From positions 48,236,001 through 48,300,000 of the forward strand of contig NC_043007.1 in assembly GCF_006345805.1 (NCBI RefSeq): 64,000 bases of DNA. Direction: 5' to 3'. This DNA comes from Octopus sinensis. Its lineage: Eukaryota. The notes under the pieces were generated by a model. The model searched no databases, had not been told where the DNA came from, and was given only the letters and a program-made list of their open reading frames with translations. This document shows positions 42,810-56,309 of this stretch, one piece after another. Each line of letters begins with the position of its first letter. Positions within the stretch are counted from its first letter, which is position 1. The position numbers were made by a program, and so were the translations under genes.

Positions 42810-45096
42810 TGCTTCTCGTTCGCGGCGAGTTCTACCAGCCGGTCTCGGCCATAGGAACGAGAATGGGCCCCAACTATGCGAACCTGTTCGTTGGCTATGT
42901 TGAGGCCCAAATATTCTCTAGTTTTACTGGTCCCACTCCCGAATTATATGGCCGTTATATTGACGACTGTATCGGTGCTACCTCACTCCCCCGCGATTCG
43001 TCAAATCTTTCCATCCTGCCTTCCACTTCTCCTGCACTATCTCTGATACCTCTGTCTCCTTTCTTGACATTTCGATCAACATATATCACTCCACTCTTAC
43101 CACCTCCATCCACTACAAACACACAGACTCATACTCATACCTAAACTTCTCCTTCTCCCATCCCGAACACACCAAGCTTTCCATCCCCTATTCCAAATTC
43201 CTCCCTCTACGCAGGCTCTGTAGTGACGACCATGACTTTGAGGCTCAGTCTCAACTCATGACTCGCCACTTCATCCTACGTGGATATCCCCTCACCATTA
43301 TCCACACCGCCCTTGCCAGAGCACGTTCCGTGGACCGTGCATCTACTCTCTCTCCAGAATCCGCCCTGCAGTCTCCCGCCTCCCTTTTCTCCTCACCTAC
43401 CACCCCACCACACTACCTCTCCAACGCACCATTCTCCGAGCTTTCCGGCATCTCCAGTCCGACCAGTCCACTTCACACATCTTCCCTAACCGACCCCTCC
43501 CCTCCTTCAAATGAGCCCACAACCTACGAGACCTCTTGGTCCACAGCTTCTTCCCCAAACCTACCTCCCAACCTGGCTCGTTCCCCTGCTCACTCCCAGG
43601 TTGCCGCACTTGCCCTTATCTCTCCAACACCACCCTCCTCACCGGCACCCATCATCGACCCTATCACATCATTGAATCTTTCACCTGATTCTCCAGAAAT
43701 ATCATCTATTGCATCTCCTGCTCTCTCTGCCATTCCCTGTATATCGGACAAACAGGACGCCGCTTGGCTGACCGGTTCGCGGAACACCTCCGAGACATCC
43801 GCCTTGGCAATGACACCCCGGTCTCACGCCATTTCCGCTCCACCGGTCACTCCTTGCAACACCTGTCTGTGTTCGGATTGTCCTTGCACAGAGGCCATCC
43901 GGACTCCCGTTTGCGCCGTGAACAGGGATTAATCTTCTCACTTCGCTCTTTTACGCCATTTGGGCTTAACTCTCTTCCCCTCTTCATCTAACCTCCTCCC
44001 CGACTCCTACTTCTCTTCACTCCTACATCTTTTCAGCCCTACTCTCTTTCCCTCTTCTCCCTAACTCTCTTTCTCTCTTCTCTCTTTCTCTCTGCTCCCT
44101 CACTCTCCTTCTCTCCTCTCTCCCCCTCCCTCCTCCTTCTTCCCACCCAACTCTCCTCTCTTGCCCCGACTCCTACATCTCTTCACTCCTACTTCCTTCA
44201 CTGCTATTTCCCTTCACCCCTACTCTCTTTCTTTCTTCTCTCTTACTCTCTTTCTCCTACTCTCTTTCTCTCTTTCTCTCCCCTCTTCCCTCTTACTCTC
44301 TTCCTCTCTTCTCTCTTTCTCTCCTCTCTCTTACTCTCTTTCTCTCTCCTCTCTTATTCTCCTTCTCTCTTCTCTCCTACTCTTTCACCCGCTCTTTCTA
44401 TCTTCTCTCCTCCTCTCTCTCTTCACATACCCACCTTCCCCTCCCTCCATAAACCCACCCATCCCTAAATATCCCTACTCCACCTTACCATGCCCCCAAC
44501 ACATCCCCCATCCCATTCTCATCCTATCCCACACCCCTTCCCCACATAGCCCACCTCTACACCCACCCTCTTCCTACCCACAAATCCCAACTCTACCCCA
44601 ACCCCCAGCTGAACCTACACCCCACCCGTGCTTTCCCCACTCTTGCCCACCCCACCTCCCAGCAACATCACCACACCACACTACACCATACAACATTACA
44701 CATCACATCACAACACACCACCCACACACCCATCCCCACATCTTCACACCTACACATACATACACGCACACGTCCAGACCACCAGTCCTCTTTCACAAGC
44801 ACATACATACTCTTATACACACACTCACCTTTGTGTTGGGGGTCATCTTTACCTTGTTATCTCCCTTACTTTCCTTCCTGTGTTTGACCCTTCTGTCCGG
44901 TAGTAGTCACCATGATAGATCGTTAGCCACTACACACATATTTTTTCTCTCCTTGTTTTTTCTGTGTCCCTTTCTGTAGAAGAGCGTAGGGTCGAAACGT
45001 AAAAGACTTTTTCTATTCCTGAGCGTTATACTAATACATCTGTTTGTTTTGTACACTACCTGTCTTCGTCTTTTGCTTGTTTTTTTCGTAAACTCT

Positions 45097-45100
<4 letters not shown>
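42810..45100 (+). mobile_element. Penelope-like element, 5'-truncated: RT C-half, GIY-YIG endonuclease, low-complexity 3' region and pLTR
   Basis: GTRMGPNYANLFVGYVE..YGRYIDDCIG; YSYLNFSFSHPEHTKLSIPYS; IIYCISCSLCHSLYIGQTGRRLADRFAEHLRDI; frameshifted. Confidence 0.92.
44970..45005 (+). ncRNA. Hammerhead-like motif (variant core) in the Penelope pLTR
   Basis: CUUU-CUGUAGA-A-GAG-CGUAGG-GUC-GAAA-CG-UA-AAAG: helix I CUUU/AAAG and ACGU palindrome, but A6 replaced by U and a helix II mismatch. Confidence 0.4.
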
Positions 45101-45145
<45 letters not shown>

Positions 45146-45149
<4 letters not shown>

Positions 45150-47020
45150 AAATGGGACAAGAACGCAAGACATTCAAATAGACGATACAAAAAGGACGGG
45201 TCATTCGAAGCCTCTAATCTTCAGTCAAGAACCGGATCATCCTCGCAGTTTCGGCTGATTAATCATGAGATTGCTCCGATCTGGCCAGCCCCAAGGAAAA
45301 ACTGAGCTACGAACATTAGATTTCTTGGGAAAATGATCGAATGTATACGAAACAAGGACAGAAAAACGGACGATGTTACACGAATACTAATACAAAAAAA
45401 AAATAATACGAATATAAATACAAAAAACAATAATAATAACAGGACAAAACAACAGGCGTCTTTCGACTTTAGACAGTTGAACTTAGCTGGCGTATTTGAA
45501 AAATAATGCCTTACGGCAGACGAAGAGTGCGATGTTATCGTGGCGCTGGTGAGAAGCGGAAAGGCTATAGCCAGTGGTCACGTGAGAAGAGAAGAGAGAG
45601 AAAGAAGGAATTAAGGAGAGGGAGAAGAAAGAGAGCGTGCCATGGATTGGCGGGACAAAAGAAAGACAGGGTCAGTGAAGTGCAACGTAAGAAAGGCAGA
45701 GAAATGTGAGAGAGTGGGGAAAGAGGAGACCGAAGAATCAAGGAGGCTACAAAAGAGAAATACAGAGACAGTGAAGTACAAAGTAAGAAAGACAGAGAAA
45801 GTGTGTGTAGAAGTCGTTCAAAGTTTAGTGGAATGCTTACATAAATATAAGAGAATGAGGTGTACGTACGCCGCAATAATATATATATAAATATACAAAA
45901 TGGGACAAGAACGCAAAACATTCAAATAGACGATACAAAAAACGGACTGGTCATTCGAAGCCTCTAATCTTCAGTCAAGAACCGGATCATCCTCGCAATT
46001 TCGGCTGATTAATCTTGAAATTGCTCCGATCTGGCCAGCCCCAAGGAAAAACTAAGCTATGAGCATTAGATTTCTTGGAAAAAGGATCGAATGTATACGA
46101 AACAAGGACAGAAAAACGGACGATGTTACACGAATATAAATACAAAAAACAATAACAATAATAATAATAACAGGACAAAACAACAGGCGTCTTTCGACTT
46201 TAGACAGTTGAACTGAGCTGGCGTATTTGAAAAATAATGCCTTACGGTAGACGGCGTACGTATACCTTATTCTCTTATATGTATGTAAGCATTCCACTAA
46301 ACATTGTACGACTTCTACACACACTTTCTCTGCCTTTCTTACGTTGCACTTCACTGACCCTGCCTTTCTTTAGTCCCGCCAATCCTTGGCGCGCACTTTT
46401 TCTCCAGCTCCCTAATTCCTTCTTTCTCTCTCTTCTCCCCCTCCTTAATACCTTTGTTCCTTTTTTTCTCTCTTCTCCCTCTCTTTAATTCCTTTGCCCC
46501 TTTTTTCTCTCTCTCTTCTCTTCTCACGTGACCGCTGGCCAGCTATAGCCTTTCCGCTTCTGACCAGCGCCACGACAACATCGCGTTCTTCGTCTGTCGT
46601 AAGGCATTATTTTTCAAAAACGCCAGCTAAATTCAACTGTCTAAAGTCGAAAGACGCCTGTTGTTTTGTCCTGTTATTATTATTGTTTTTTGTATTTATA
46701 TTCGTATTATTTTTTGTTTTTTGTATTTATATTCGTGTAACATCGTCGTTTTTCTGTCCTTGTTTCGTATACATTCGATCATTTTCCCAAGAAATCTAAT
46801 GCTCGTAGCTTAGTTTTTCCTTGGGGTTGGCCAGATCGGAGCAATCTCATGATTAATCAGCCGAAATTGCGAGGATGATCCGGTTCTTGACTGAAGATGA
46901 CCAGTCCGTTTGACCAGTCCGTTTTTTGTATCGTCTATTTGAATGTCTTGCGTTCTTGTCTCATTTTGTATTTATATATATATATATTATTGCGGCGTAC
47001 GTACACCATATTCTCTTATA
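45146..47020. repeat. ~735-bp element in direct, partial-direct and inverted copies
   Basis: Unit at 45146-45880; partial direct copy at 45894-46252; inverted full copy at 46252-46970; start of a further inverted copy at 46985-47020; TA spacers. Confidence 0.9.
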
Positions 47021-47026
47021 TATACA

Positions 47027-47070
<44 letters not shown>

Positions 47071-47531
47071 TATGCATGTGTGTGTGTGCGCGGGCGTCTG
47101 TGTAAGACAATCCTTTATTGGGCGTTCACTGAAAGAGTGTATAGGAACTGAATTTCCAAATCATGAATCACTCACTTACGCATGTTCTATTAAATAATAG
47201 CATTTCATTTCTAAGTGAGTTCCTTAACCTGATAATCAAGTAGTTAAATAAACTGCACCATCTGGTCAGTTAGCCGAAGTGTTCATCTTTCTCAGTGACA
47301 AAATATGAACTTAAGAGTCTCCGGGATTTTCTAGAAGGAAAATTGCTCTATTCCTTTCCTGAAATGTTGCCAACCGCTCCAGTGACTGGTATACGCCCAA
47401 ACAAAATTTCAAAACCAATCTGAAGCTATTTTCTTTCCATTGTGTTATTAATACACTTAGGAATATACGTATGTCACACTCTCTACCCCATTGTGCCACT
47501 CAAACATCTCTACCTAATCAAAAATAAAGTA

Positions 47532-47697
47532 GGCGTAGGAGTGGCTGTGTGACAAGTAGCTTGTTTACGAACCACATGGTTCCGGGTTCAGTCCCACTGC
47601 GTGGCACCTTGGACAAGTGTCTTCTACTATAGCGTCGGGCCGACCAAAGCCTTGTAAGTGGATTTGGTAGACGGAAACTGAAAGAAGCCCGTCGTAG

Positions 47698-47731
<34 letters not shown>

Positions 47732-47930
47732 TTGTCCCCCCCCCCAACATCACTTGACAACCGATGCTGGTGTGTTTACGTCCCCGTAACTTAGCGGTTC
47801 GGCAAAAGAGACCGATAGAATAAGTACTAGGCTTACAAAGAATAAGTTCTGGGGTCGATTTGCCCGACTAGAGGCGGTGCTCCTGCATGGCCACAGTCAC
47901 ATGACTGAAACGAGTAAAAGAGGGAAAGAG
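47532..47930 (+). mobile_element. tRNA-derived SINE family 1, full length and well preserved
   Basis: A-box-like tggctgtgtgac, B box ggttcagtcc, central domain, (TG)n, and gagtaaaagag tail. Confidence 0.9.
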
Positions 47931-48523
47931 TATATCTATTCTGAATTCAAATCTTGAGTATTTAAAAATCGTTCTCTTAACCTGCTACTTTTTTAGTTTG
48001 GTTTCCGAAGACAAGGGTAAAAGACGCTGAACCAAGGTACCACACATTAGGATCGAACCCAAAACTTCATGATTGAGATGCAAACTTCCTAACCATTGCC
48101 ACCTATCGGATGGATAGCACCTGTAGCTCAACGGTACAGCTTTGTCACACATAGTATCTCACTGATTCTTATTGAGATTTATGTTAATGAAAAGTGTCTA
48201 GAATACACAGCTACTAATGCGCTAATTCAACGAGTTGGTAATTCAGATGACCGAACAATTACATCTTCACCGTCAAAACCAACAAAATCCCTTTCTTACT
48301 ATCGTGGTGAAAAGCATAAAAATCAACCCTTGTTACTGTGGGTCGACAGATGTCTGCACAGACAGTAACACTTAAGCCCCACTCAAGATGATGCACCTAC
48401 TCGATTTCAATTCCACTTGAATTCAATTGCTAAAACAAGTACACTTATAAACATCACACTCTTCTATTCTCCACGCCCTTAAAAACCTTTGTCTAATGGA
48501 TCACAATTAAAATTTACCGACTG

Positions 48524-49040
48524 TTGGCGCTTCGGAAAAATGCTTTGCGGAATTTCTTCTGCCGCTTTACGTTCTGAGCTCAAATCCTGCTGACGTCAAT
48601 TTTGCCTTTAATAGTTCCGAGGTCTATAATATAAAGTGCTAGTTAAGTACTGGAGCCAATGGCATGGACTAATCTTTTCCAGACCGCTGGCTATGCACTT
48701 AAAATTTGAAACCAAAAAGGCAGCGAGCTGACAGAATCTTCACTGCGTCAGACAAAATGTTTAACGGCATTTCTTTCGGCTCCTTATGCTCCGAACTCAG
48801 ATCCCACCGAGGCTAACTTTGTCTTTCGTCTTTTCGGAATCGATAAAATAAAATACCAGCCAAGAATTAGAAGCGATGTAAGTGACATTCCCCTCCCCTC
48901 AAAATTACCGAACTTGTGCCAAATTTAGAATGAATTATAAATCCCTGTTGCAAGGGTAGTTGTGTTAGCAGAGACGGTAAAAAGTATCTGATTAAATGTA
49001 TTACTGTGCTTCGCTTTATCGCTCAAGGTTTAGATTTCAA
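48524..49040 (+). mobile_element. Cluster of two to three decayed SINE family 2 copies in tandem
   Basis: 48524-48715 and 48716-48933 match 50246-50462; partial third head at ~48955-49040. Confidence 0.7.
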
Positions 49041-49062
49041 ATGTTCCTATGCGATAAAACTC

Positions 49063-49063
<1 letters not shown>

Positions 49064-49137
<74 letters not shown>

Positions 49138-49152
49138 TACAATATATATATA

Positions 49153-49183
<31 letters not shown>

Positions 49184-49194
49184 CATACATATAT

Positions 49195-49244
<50 letters not shown>

Positions 49245-49245
49245 C

Positions 49246-49342
<97 letters not shown>
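49064..49342. repeat. Long interrupted (TA)n microsatellite
   Basis: Direct reading. Confidence 0.95.
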
Positions 49343-49740
49343 CCTACACACACACTACAAAATAATCACAAGGTCTTCTTCATAAAAACAATACAAAAAA
49401 AGATGATATGTAATATTCAAGGCTGTTAACCAAATATTTGTTCTGTTAAGTAGTCGAGTAACATCTCTTTATATTCAAACATTTGTTTTCTATGTTATTC
49501 TCCAAATCAAATAGATTATTCCAGGCACTGGCTTGATGGACCAGATTCTGTAACTATGGAAACGACAGAAGTTAGATAAAAGTGTACTGCTAATACGATT
49601 TAATATTCTGTGATGATTAAATAAAGAAGATTGGCAGTCATGACCGACCGATTACATGCGATGTCTTGATAGCCAACATACTTAACTCCCGTGGTTTGAG
49701 TACTTCTAGTTCAATATGGTACCGCCAATACACACACATA

Positions 49741-49786
<46 letters not shown>

Positions 49787-50245
49787 GTGTGTGTGTGTGT
49801 GTGTGTGTGTACCCCACATTGGTATAAGGGGAAAAAAGTATTGTAATATGAGCGATTGTTTTGTAGCTTGCAGCACTGAGTTCGAATCACACAAGCCCAG
49901 CACCGTTTCGACCAATTCCATTTTCATCACATTGCTGTGTCTGGATATGAATGTATCAGGAAAACATACGATTGAATACTTCTTATACGGACGAGCAAAC
50001 ACGAACACGGAGGTGTGGGATAAAATTCAGAGACAGCACTAGTCGACTTAACACATGTTAGGTTCATTAAACCTACAACTCTTATCTAAGAATAATTCCA
50101 CGATATGATAAGTACATTTCCTGTATGGTGTTGCTTAATGATTTCTAGATATCTCTGACAATTACAGATTCAACCATTCCAATGTAGCCTTGTTTGGGTT
50201 GAGCCTGCTGAAATATTATTCACTGACTAGTATGAAGACTAGAAA

Positions 50246-50462
50246 AGCGGCGAGCTGGCAGAACCGTTAGCGAGTCGGACTGAATGCTTAGCGGCCTTTG
50301 ATCCAGTGCTTTTCGTTCTGAATTCATATTCTGTCGAGGTCGATTGTTCCATTCGTCTTTGCAGGGTCGATAAAATAAAGTACCAGACAAGTACTGTGGT
50401 CGACGTCATCGACTTTCTCATCCCTTCATAATTGCAGGCATTGTGCCAAAATTAGAAAGAAT
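50246..50462 (+). mobile_element. tRNA-derived SINE family 2
   Basis: gcggcgagctggcagaaccgttagc head, gttctgaattc B-box-like motif, ttgtgccaaaattagaaa end. Confidence 0.8.
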
Positions 50463-52965
50463 TATAATGTAGACGAAAGCTACGTCGCTCTTGTTTGGCG
50501 GAGTTACTGCTTTCGTGGTTAAATAAAAAGTAATGAATAAGTGTCTGTGCAAATATAAGAACAAAAGGAAGATTCTCCTGAAGTCTTTCAAGTGAAAATT
50601 TAGAATGACAAAAATGGTGTTGCTAATGGGAAAGTTTTTATGAACAATGGTTAAGTAACCAGTATGGTAATAGAGGAACAAAGCAGTCCCGTGCCATCTT
50701 AAGATGATATAATGAACCAGTAAACCTGAAGTTTGCTCATGATACTATGAGAGTCTGATTTCTTTAATCAATTAGTTAAGAAAGAAGAAAAGTGTCCGTG
50801 GCCCATTATGGACTGGGGAAAGTATGCTAAAATTGGAATCCTAGCCGGAGTACTTGCAACAAAGTGGGCTCTACAAAAGGCACCCGAGGATCAGATGCTG
50901 GAGTTAAACCTGTTAGTGGATTAAGTTTGGTCTGAACTCATGCAAAGAGACGAAACAAATACCGCAAGGTATCCCTTCTGATACCCTAGATTTTTTTCGC
51001 CAGTGAGCCACTCGAAATCCTTTTCTTTTTAGGATTTCTGAAACTAGGAGGTGGGGAGAAGGTTATCTTAAGACCAGAGACCTTGTCTAAATGATTCCAA
51101 CTAGGTAACTTCCGCTAAAGGTACCCACGAAGACGAAGTGGTGGGGTTCACAACGGGGCAAAAGATTAAAAAACTTCCACCCCAAAACAATAGCTCTTCC
51201 TTCGACGGGCCTCCGCACTGTTAATCTACAAAAATTTCATTCTTGCAAAACTAATGAAAGATAGATACCCAAGTGCAGATCTCTGATATGAAAACCATAG
51301 CTTTGTAATTTATGAGGTGAATTTCTTTACTATACGGTCATGCCTGGAGATTAACCGTATAGAACCGTAAGATATTTAGTCCCTTTTTCAACCAATGCTT
51401 CCTTTAAATAGTTGCTATAGGTACACAAACATTTATTTGTGAGTAAATTTTGCCTTTCTTTGCAAAGTACGTGTGCATCCATGCGAATAACAATCTTCAA
51501 TCTTAAAAAGTTCGATTACATCTATAAGACCCTGTGTGCACATTTTTTCTTTTCCGTCGTGCGCTAATTGTAAAACATGTACGCACTATAAGTGACAATT
51601 TGTCTGGAACATAGTTTTCTAGTATTTCTACAGTTTCATAGCCCTACTTCTCTCAGTAAAGAATACAATTCTCTTCCTGACAGCTGTATACACTAAATAT
51701 TTCTGATGAATTTCGACCCGTAACACTCACATTTATTTCCAGATCTCCTACTTAGTCACTTTGATTTTAGTTTCAGTTTACTAATTGTTTTCATTTCTAT
51801 ATTCTATTTTATTTCATTTCAGCTTTGCCAGTGAACGAGGACCGTGTATTTTTTATCACATTATCTTATTTTTATGTTATTTCCTTTCTGGTTTTCGTAC
51901 CCTCTAATATCAACTTACGTTTGTTGTTTTAGCTCTAACAATGCGTCGGACCTAAACAACGAACTGTTGCGAAAAAGGGCAACGAGCATCCAAATGGGCG
52001 GGAGTGTAATTTAATCTCAAACCAAAGCACTTCAACGGAATATTTCGAATGGAATGCTTCCAAAACAATGCACTCTGCTAAACATATCTAAAGAGCTAGT
52101 AAACTGAGTGAATGATAATATCTAACGTGACCACCCCATATTATTTTCTGATATAATATATCTAGAACTACATTACTAGTATGTCCTTCGTTTTGTGAAA
52201 CGGCAAAGTTATGAATTGAGGGTGACTTGACTGTTATCATTCACTGAATGATACCAGTGCTATCTTCGGTTCGTATGTTTTTATTGTACAAGTGCATGTG
52301 CATGTAATGTATGCACGTGTATAATATATTTGTGTGTGTGTGTGTGCAATGTATGTGCATGTATGCATGTTTGTGTGTGTGTCAATGTGAGGTAAATGCG
52401 GTATCTTATTAGTACGTTAAAACACCATACAAGCCACCTTTTCACATAGAGGTGTTGCTGTGATTGTTGTTGTTGTTTAATCCCAGGTCAGGTTTCATTA
52501 AACAAATCTATCATAAAAATATTTCTGTCATGACCAACCCATCAGTCTTTTCCTTATTCAGACATTTCGAATGTGTCCCTCTTCGTTTATAGATGATAGA
52601 TTGTGCTTTTTAAAGAGATTTGGTGGCTATTTCTATACCATCGAAATACTGTGTAGAGTAAGAGTCGTGAATACTTCACCCGTGGACAAAATTTTCACTC
52701 ATGTTAATATTGAAACCACCCTCTGACTAATTCCCTAAAATATATCTTGACCATTAAAATCAACAGTAATTTAATATTTCAAAGCCATGGAATCATATAT
52801 AATTTTCTTTTAGCACTATGCTTTGTCAACAGGATCTTAATACCTAAATAGCATGTTATTGAATTCAGCAAAATTCGTAGGCACAATCTCAAGGAATGAG
52901 CGATATGATGATAGTAGCACCACTGTACAGTAACGTCATCATATATATATATATATATATATATA

Positions 52966-53339
52966 TCTTACATAAAATAAACCTTTGTGTGTGTATTCGC
53001 TTTTCACGCGAAAACGGCTGGGCTGCGCGAATTGCTTCCATATTTGGAATGCATGAATAATTTGACCTCGGATACATAATAGAGCAATCAATTTATTTTT
53101 TTATTAAAAATAAATAATATTGATTTATATATATATGATTCATTTCTTTAAAAATGTCAACTTCCAGTATTGACGTAGCAACGTTGAAATTTTCCGTTTT
53201 CATTTGCAAAACCTCTCACTCTCTATTTTAATGTTTTCATTTTAAGTTTTAATTTGCTATTTGCAAACAACCGCGATAAATAACGGAAAGAAATATTTTC
53301 TACGTTCACAAATTTAAATGATCGGTACAACGAGCTACT
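52966..53339 (+). mobile_element. Probable decayed non-autonomous Helitron
   Basis: A|TC start tcttacataaaataaacctttgtgtgtg..ttttcacgcgaaaacggctggg resembles Lep1-type 5' ends; the 3' end is degenerate. Confidence 0.45.
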
Positions 53340-53439
53340 ATTTATACGATTTTTTCATTTCATGCTTATTTCATTCATTGTTTGCAATGTTTTTCTCACC
53401 CTCTCTCTCACACACTGTTTCTCCAATATAAACACACAG

Positions 53440-53511
<72 letters not shown>

Positions 53512-53559
53512 CAGGTTTGATTTTGTCATTACACAAATATTACACGAGAATTTCAAACT

Positions 53560-53600
53560 GAAAGAAACCCGTCGTATGTATATATATTTATATGTGTGTG

Positions 53601-53634
<34 letters not shown>

Positions 53635-53851
53635 AGTTTATGTTTGTGTGTCTGTGTTTGTCTGCCCAACATCACTTGACAACCGATGCTGGTGTGTTTA
53701 GGTTCCCGTAACTTAGCGGTTCGGCAAAAGAGACCGATAGAATAAGTACTAGGCTTACAAAGAATAAGTCCTGGGGTCGATTTGCTCGACTAAAAGCAGT
53801 GCTCCAGCATGGCCACAGTCAAATGACTGAAAAAAGTAAAAGAGTAAAAGT
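53560..53851 (+). mobile_element. SINE family 1, 5'-truncated
   Basis: Near-identical to 47680-47920. Confidence 0.85.
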
Positions 53852-53919
53852 TTAGAATCTTCAACATACACTCTTATGCAGAATGGCAGTCTACAGATAA
53901 ATAAAAATGACGAAGATTC

Positions 53920-56130
53920 ACAGTACAACAGAGGAAGATATATCAGTACCAACGAGGCTTTTTTGGCGCATCTTCAGTTTTCCCATTCATGATAGGCACA
54001 CAGCCATTATTCATCTGAGTGTCCATCTAGAAAATGGCCATAGGATTATCTTTACAAAACAAACAGCCTTACAACAAGCACTTTCTCCGAGGGAAACTAC
54101 TCTTACTGCCTTTTTGTCAAGTTGAGTCAAGTTGATGAAGATGCAAGAAAACTCTTTTACCCACAATTACCCAAGTATTACATCTGGAGAAACAATAAAT
54201 GGCACAAGAGGAAAGGTCGGATTGACACTCTTGCAAGATTTTGCAGTGACCCACCAGCCTAGCAGCACGCTACTATTTATGGTTCCTTTTGCATGAAGTA
54301 CGTGGTCCCAAATCATTCCAAGATTCGAGGGGGTAAATGGTCATGTGTATGAAACTTATAGGGAAGCATGCTACCAACAATGTTTTTTTTTTAAAGTGAT
54401 GAGCATTGGGACCTTGCATTGACTGAAGCATCAGTTTCAGATTCTCCAAGGAAACTCTGTAACCTTTTTGCAGTTATACTGAACATGTGTCAACTTGGCA
54501 GTCCCCTACAGCTTTGGATAAAACATCGTGAGGACATGGCTGAGGACTTAAAGTATACAGTTCAACAGTCAAACTCAAATATCAATATTGAAATTGAGGA
54601 TCAAGTTTTGGCCATGGGAAGTAAAAATTTGTAAGAGTCTAGCTCTGGACAGCCAAAACCATACCGTCAAATTAGTGATTTAACTTCTATAGACAGGGAT
54701 ACAGGCATCCAGCAACAGGACCTCCGTAATGCCATGATGGACCGTGAAGTCTAGCGTAGCATGGTAAATTCCATTGTCTCGACCACGGTCGAACAATGAT
54801 GATGATCTATAGACAGCAAGTGAGACAAATTATGATATCACAGACTTGGCTGCATTTGTGAATGAACATGAACCTAAGCTTCTTCCAGAACAACGCTGTG
54901 CATTTGAAGAAATTATTTCGTCAGTCAGAAATTATTTCTTGATGCTCTTGGTGGCACAGGTAAAACATTTGTAACAACATAGCTTCTCTCCAAGGTAAGG
55001 CAGCAAAAAAGAATTGCAATTGCAGTAGCATCGTCTGGCATTGCTGCCACCCTTCTCCCAGGAGGACGAACAGCTCATTCTGCTTTTAAATTACCGCTAA
55101 ATCTGGTCACAATTGACAGTCCAATTTGTAAAATAAGCGAAGGTTCAGGTTCACTAGAAGTGTTGTGCTAATGCCACCTGATCATTCATACAGGTGCAAT
55201 GGAAGCTCTTGATAAGACCTTACAGGAATAATCTATGGGAGGAGTTACAATAGTTTTATCAGGAGACTTCGGACAGACATTGCCAGTCATTCCAATACGA
55301 ACAAAATCTGATGAAATAAAAGCATGCATCAAATCTTCACACCTATGGAATAAAGTACAGAAATTCTCCTTCAATACCAATGAGCGAGCTGTATTACATG
55401 GGGAAATATGTGCAGAACAGTTTTCAACCCGACTCCTCAAATAAGTAAATGGGAAAATACCATTTGATGGGAATGGTGATATCAATTTGGTTCATATTGC
55501 TATCACAGGGAATTCCCCAGCTGAATTGAAGAAAGGGTATTTTCAAACTTAAGTAATAATTATAATTCACATTATTCTTGCTCCAAAAAATGAGACAGTA
55601 GCAAGGATTAACCATGAATTAATGAATAAGATCTCAACAGTCATTAAGGAGTACAAATCAGTTGATGAAAATCAAGCTCTCCATTACCCAATAGAGTTTC
55701 TTAATTCTCCTGAGCCACCTGGAACTCCTCCCCATAAACTTTTTCTAAAAGTCCTAATAATGCTTCTGAGAAATTTAGATCCTCCTAAATTATGCAATGG
55801 GACAGGGTTGACTGTGAAGACATTATCAGCTAAATTCATAGAAGCTACCATCATCACTTGATGTACCTCTGGGGAAGAGGTTTTCATTCCAAGAATTCCA
55901 ATCAAACCAACAGATATGCTATTTGAGTTCAAACGAACACAATTCCCAGTGCGATTTTGCTTCACAATGACTATTAATAAAGCTCAAGGTCAGACTGAAA
56001 CTTACTGGCTTGCACTTCATTGATCTTTGATATTCATGGTCAAATTTATGTTAATTGCTCCAGGGTTGGTAGTCTGTAAGACCCATTTGACTATGCTCCT
56101 AACCAGAAAACAAAGAATGTTGTTTACCCA
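53920..56130 (+). mobile_element. Decayed autonomous Helitron RepHel (post-Rep region and PIF1 helicase)
   Basis: YISTNEAFWRIFSFPIHDRH..LSVHLENG; DALGGTGKTF (Walker A); AVASSGIAATLLPGGRTAHSAFKLP; GVTIVLSGDFGQTLPVIP; MLLRNLDPPKLCNGT; QFPVRFCFTMTINKAQGQ. Confidence 0.93.
54697..54805 (+). mobile_element. Extremely 5'-truncated RTE-type 3' end with TSD
   Basis: GIQQQDLRNAMMDREV*RSMVNSI followed by a (TGA)n tail; 11-bp TSD tctatagacag at 54686-54696 and 54806-54816. Confidence 0.85.
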
Positions 56131-56212
56131 TAAGTTTTTACCTTCAACATATGTGATAGAATTTATCTCCCTTCATAAAAGTGGTAACATTTATATTTTC
56201 GTTTTTATCATT

Positions 56213-56305
<93 letters not shown>

Positions 56306-56309
56306 ATTA

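Noticed and set aside
43258-44979. Long ORFs of 224 aa and 272 aa
   Set aside because: The first is an alternative frame over the C-rich Penelope coding region; the second comes from CT/C-rich low-complexity sequence lacking stop codons.
45185-45225. Possible hammerhead (minus strand CTGAAGA-ttagaggcttc-GAAT) in the 735-bp element
   Set aside because: It lacks GAAA, the UH triplet and helix I pairing.
47532-47610. Possible tRNA gene (A and B boxes)
   Set aside because: It continues into a multicopy SINE body and lacks a complete cloverleaf; it is a SINE head.
48996-49385. YI-, CV-, HT-, ER- and N-repeat ORFs here and throughout the window
   Set aside because: These are translations of di-, tri- and tetranucleotide microsatellites.
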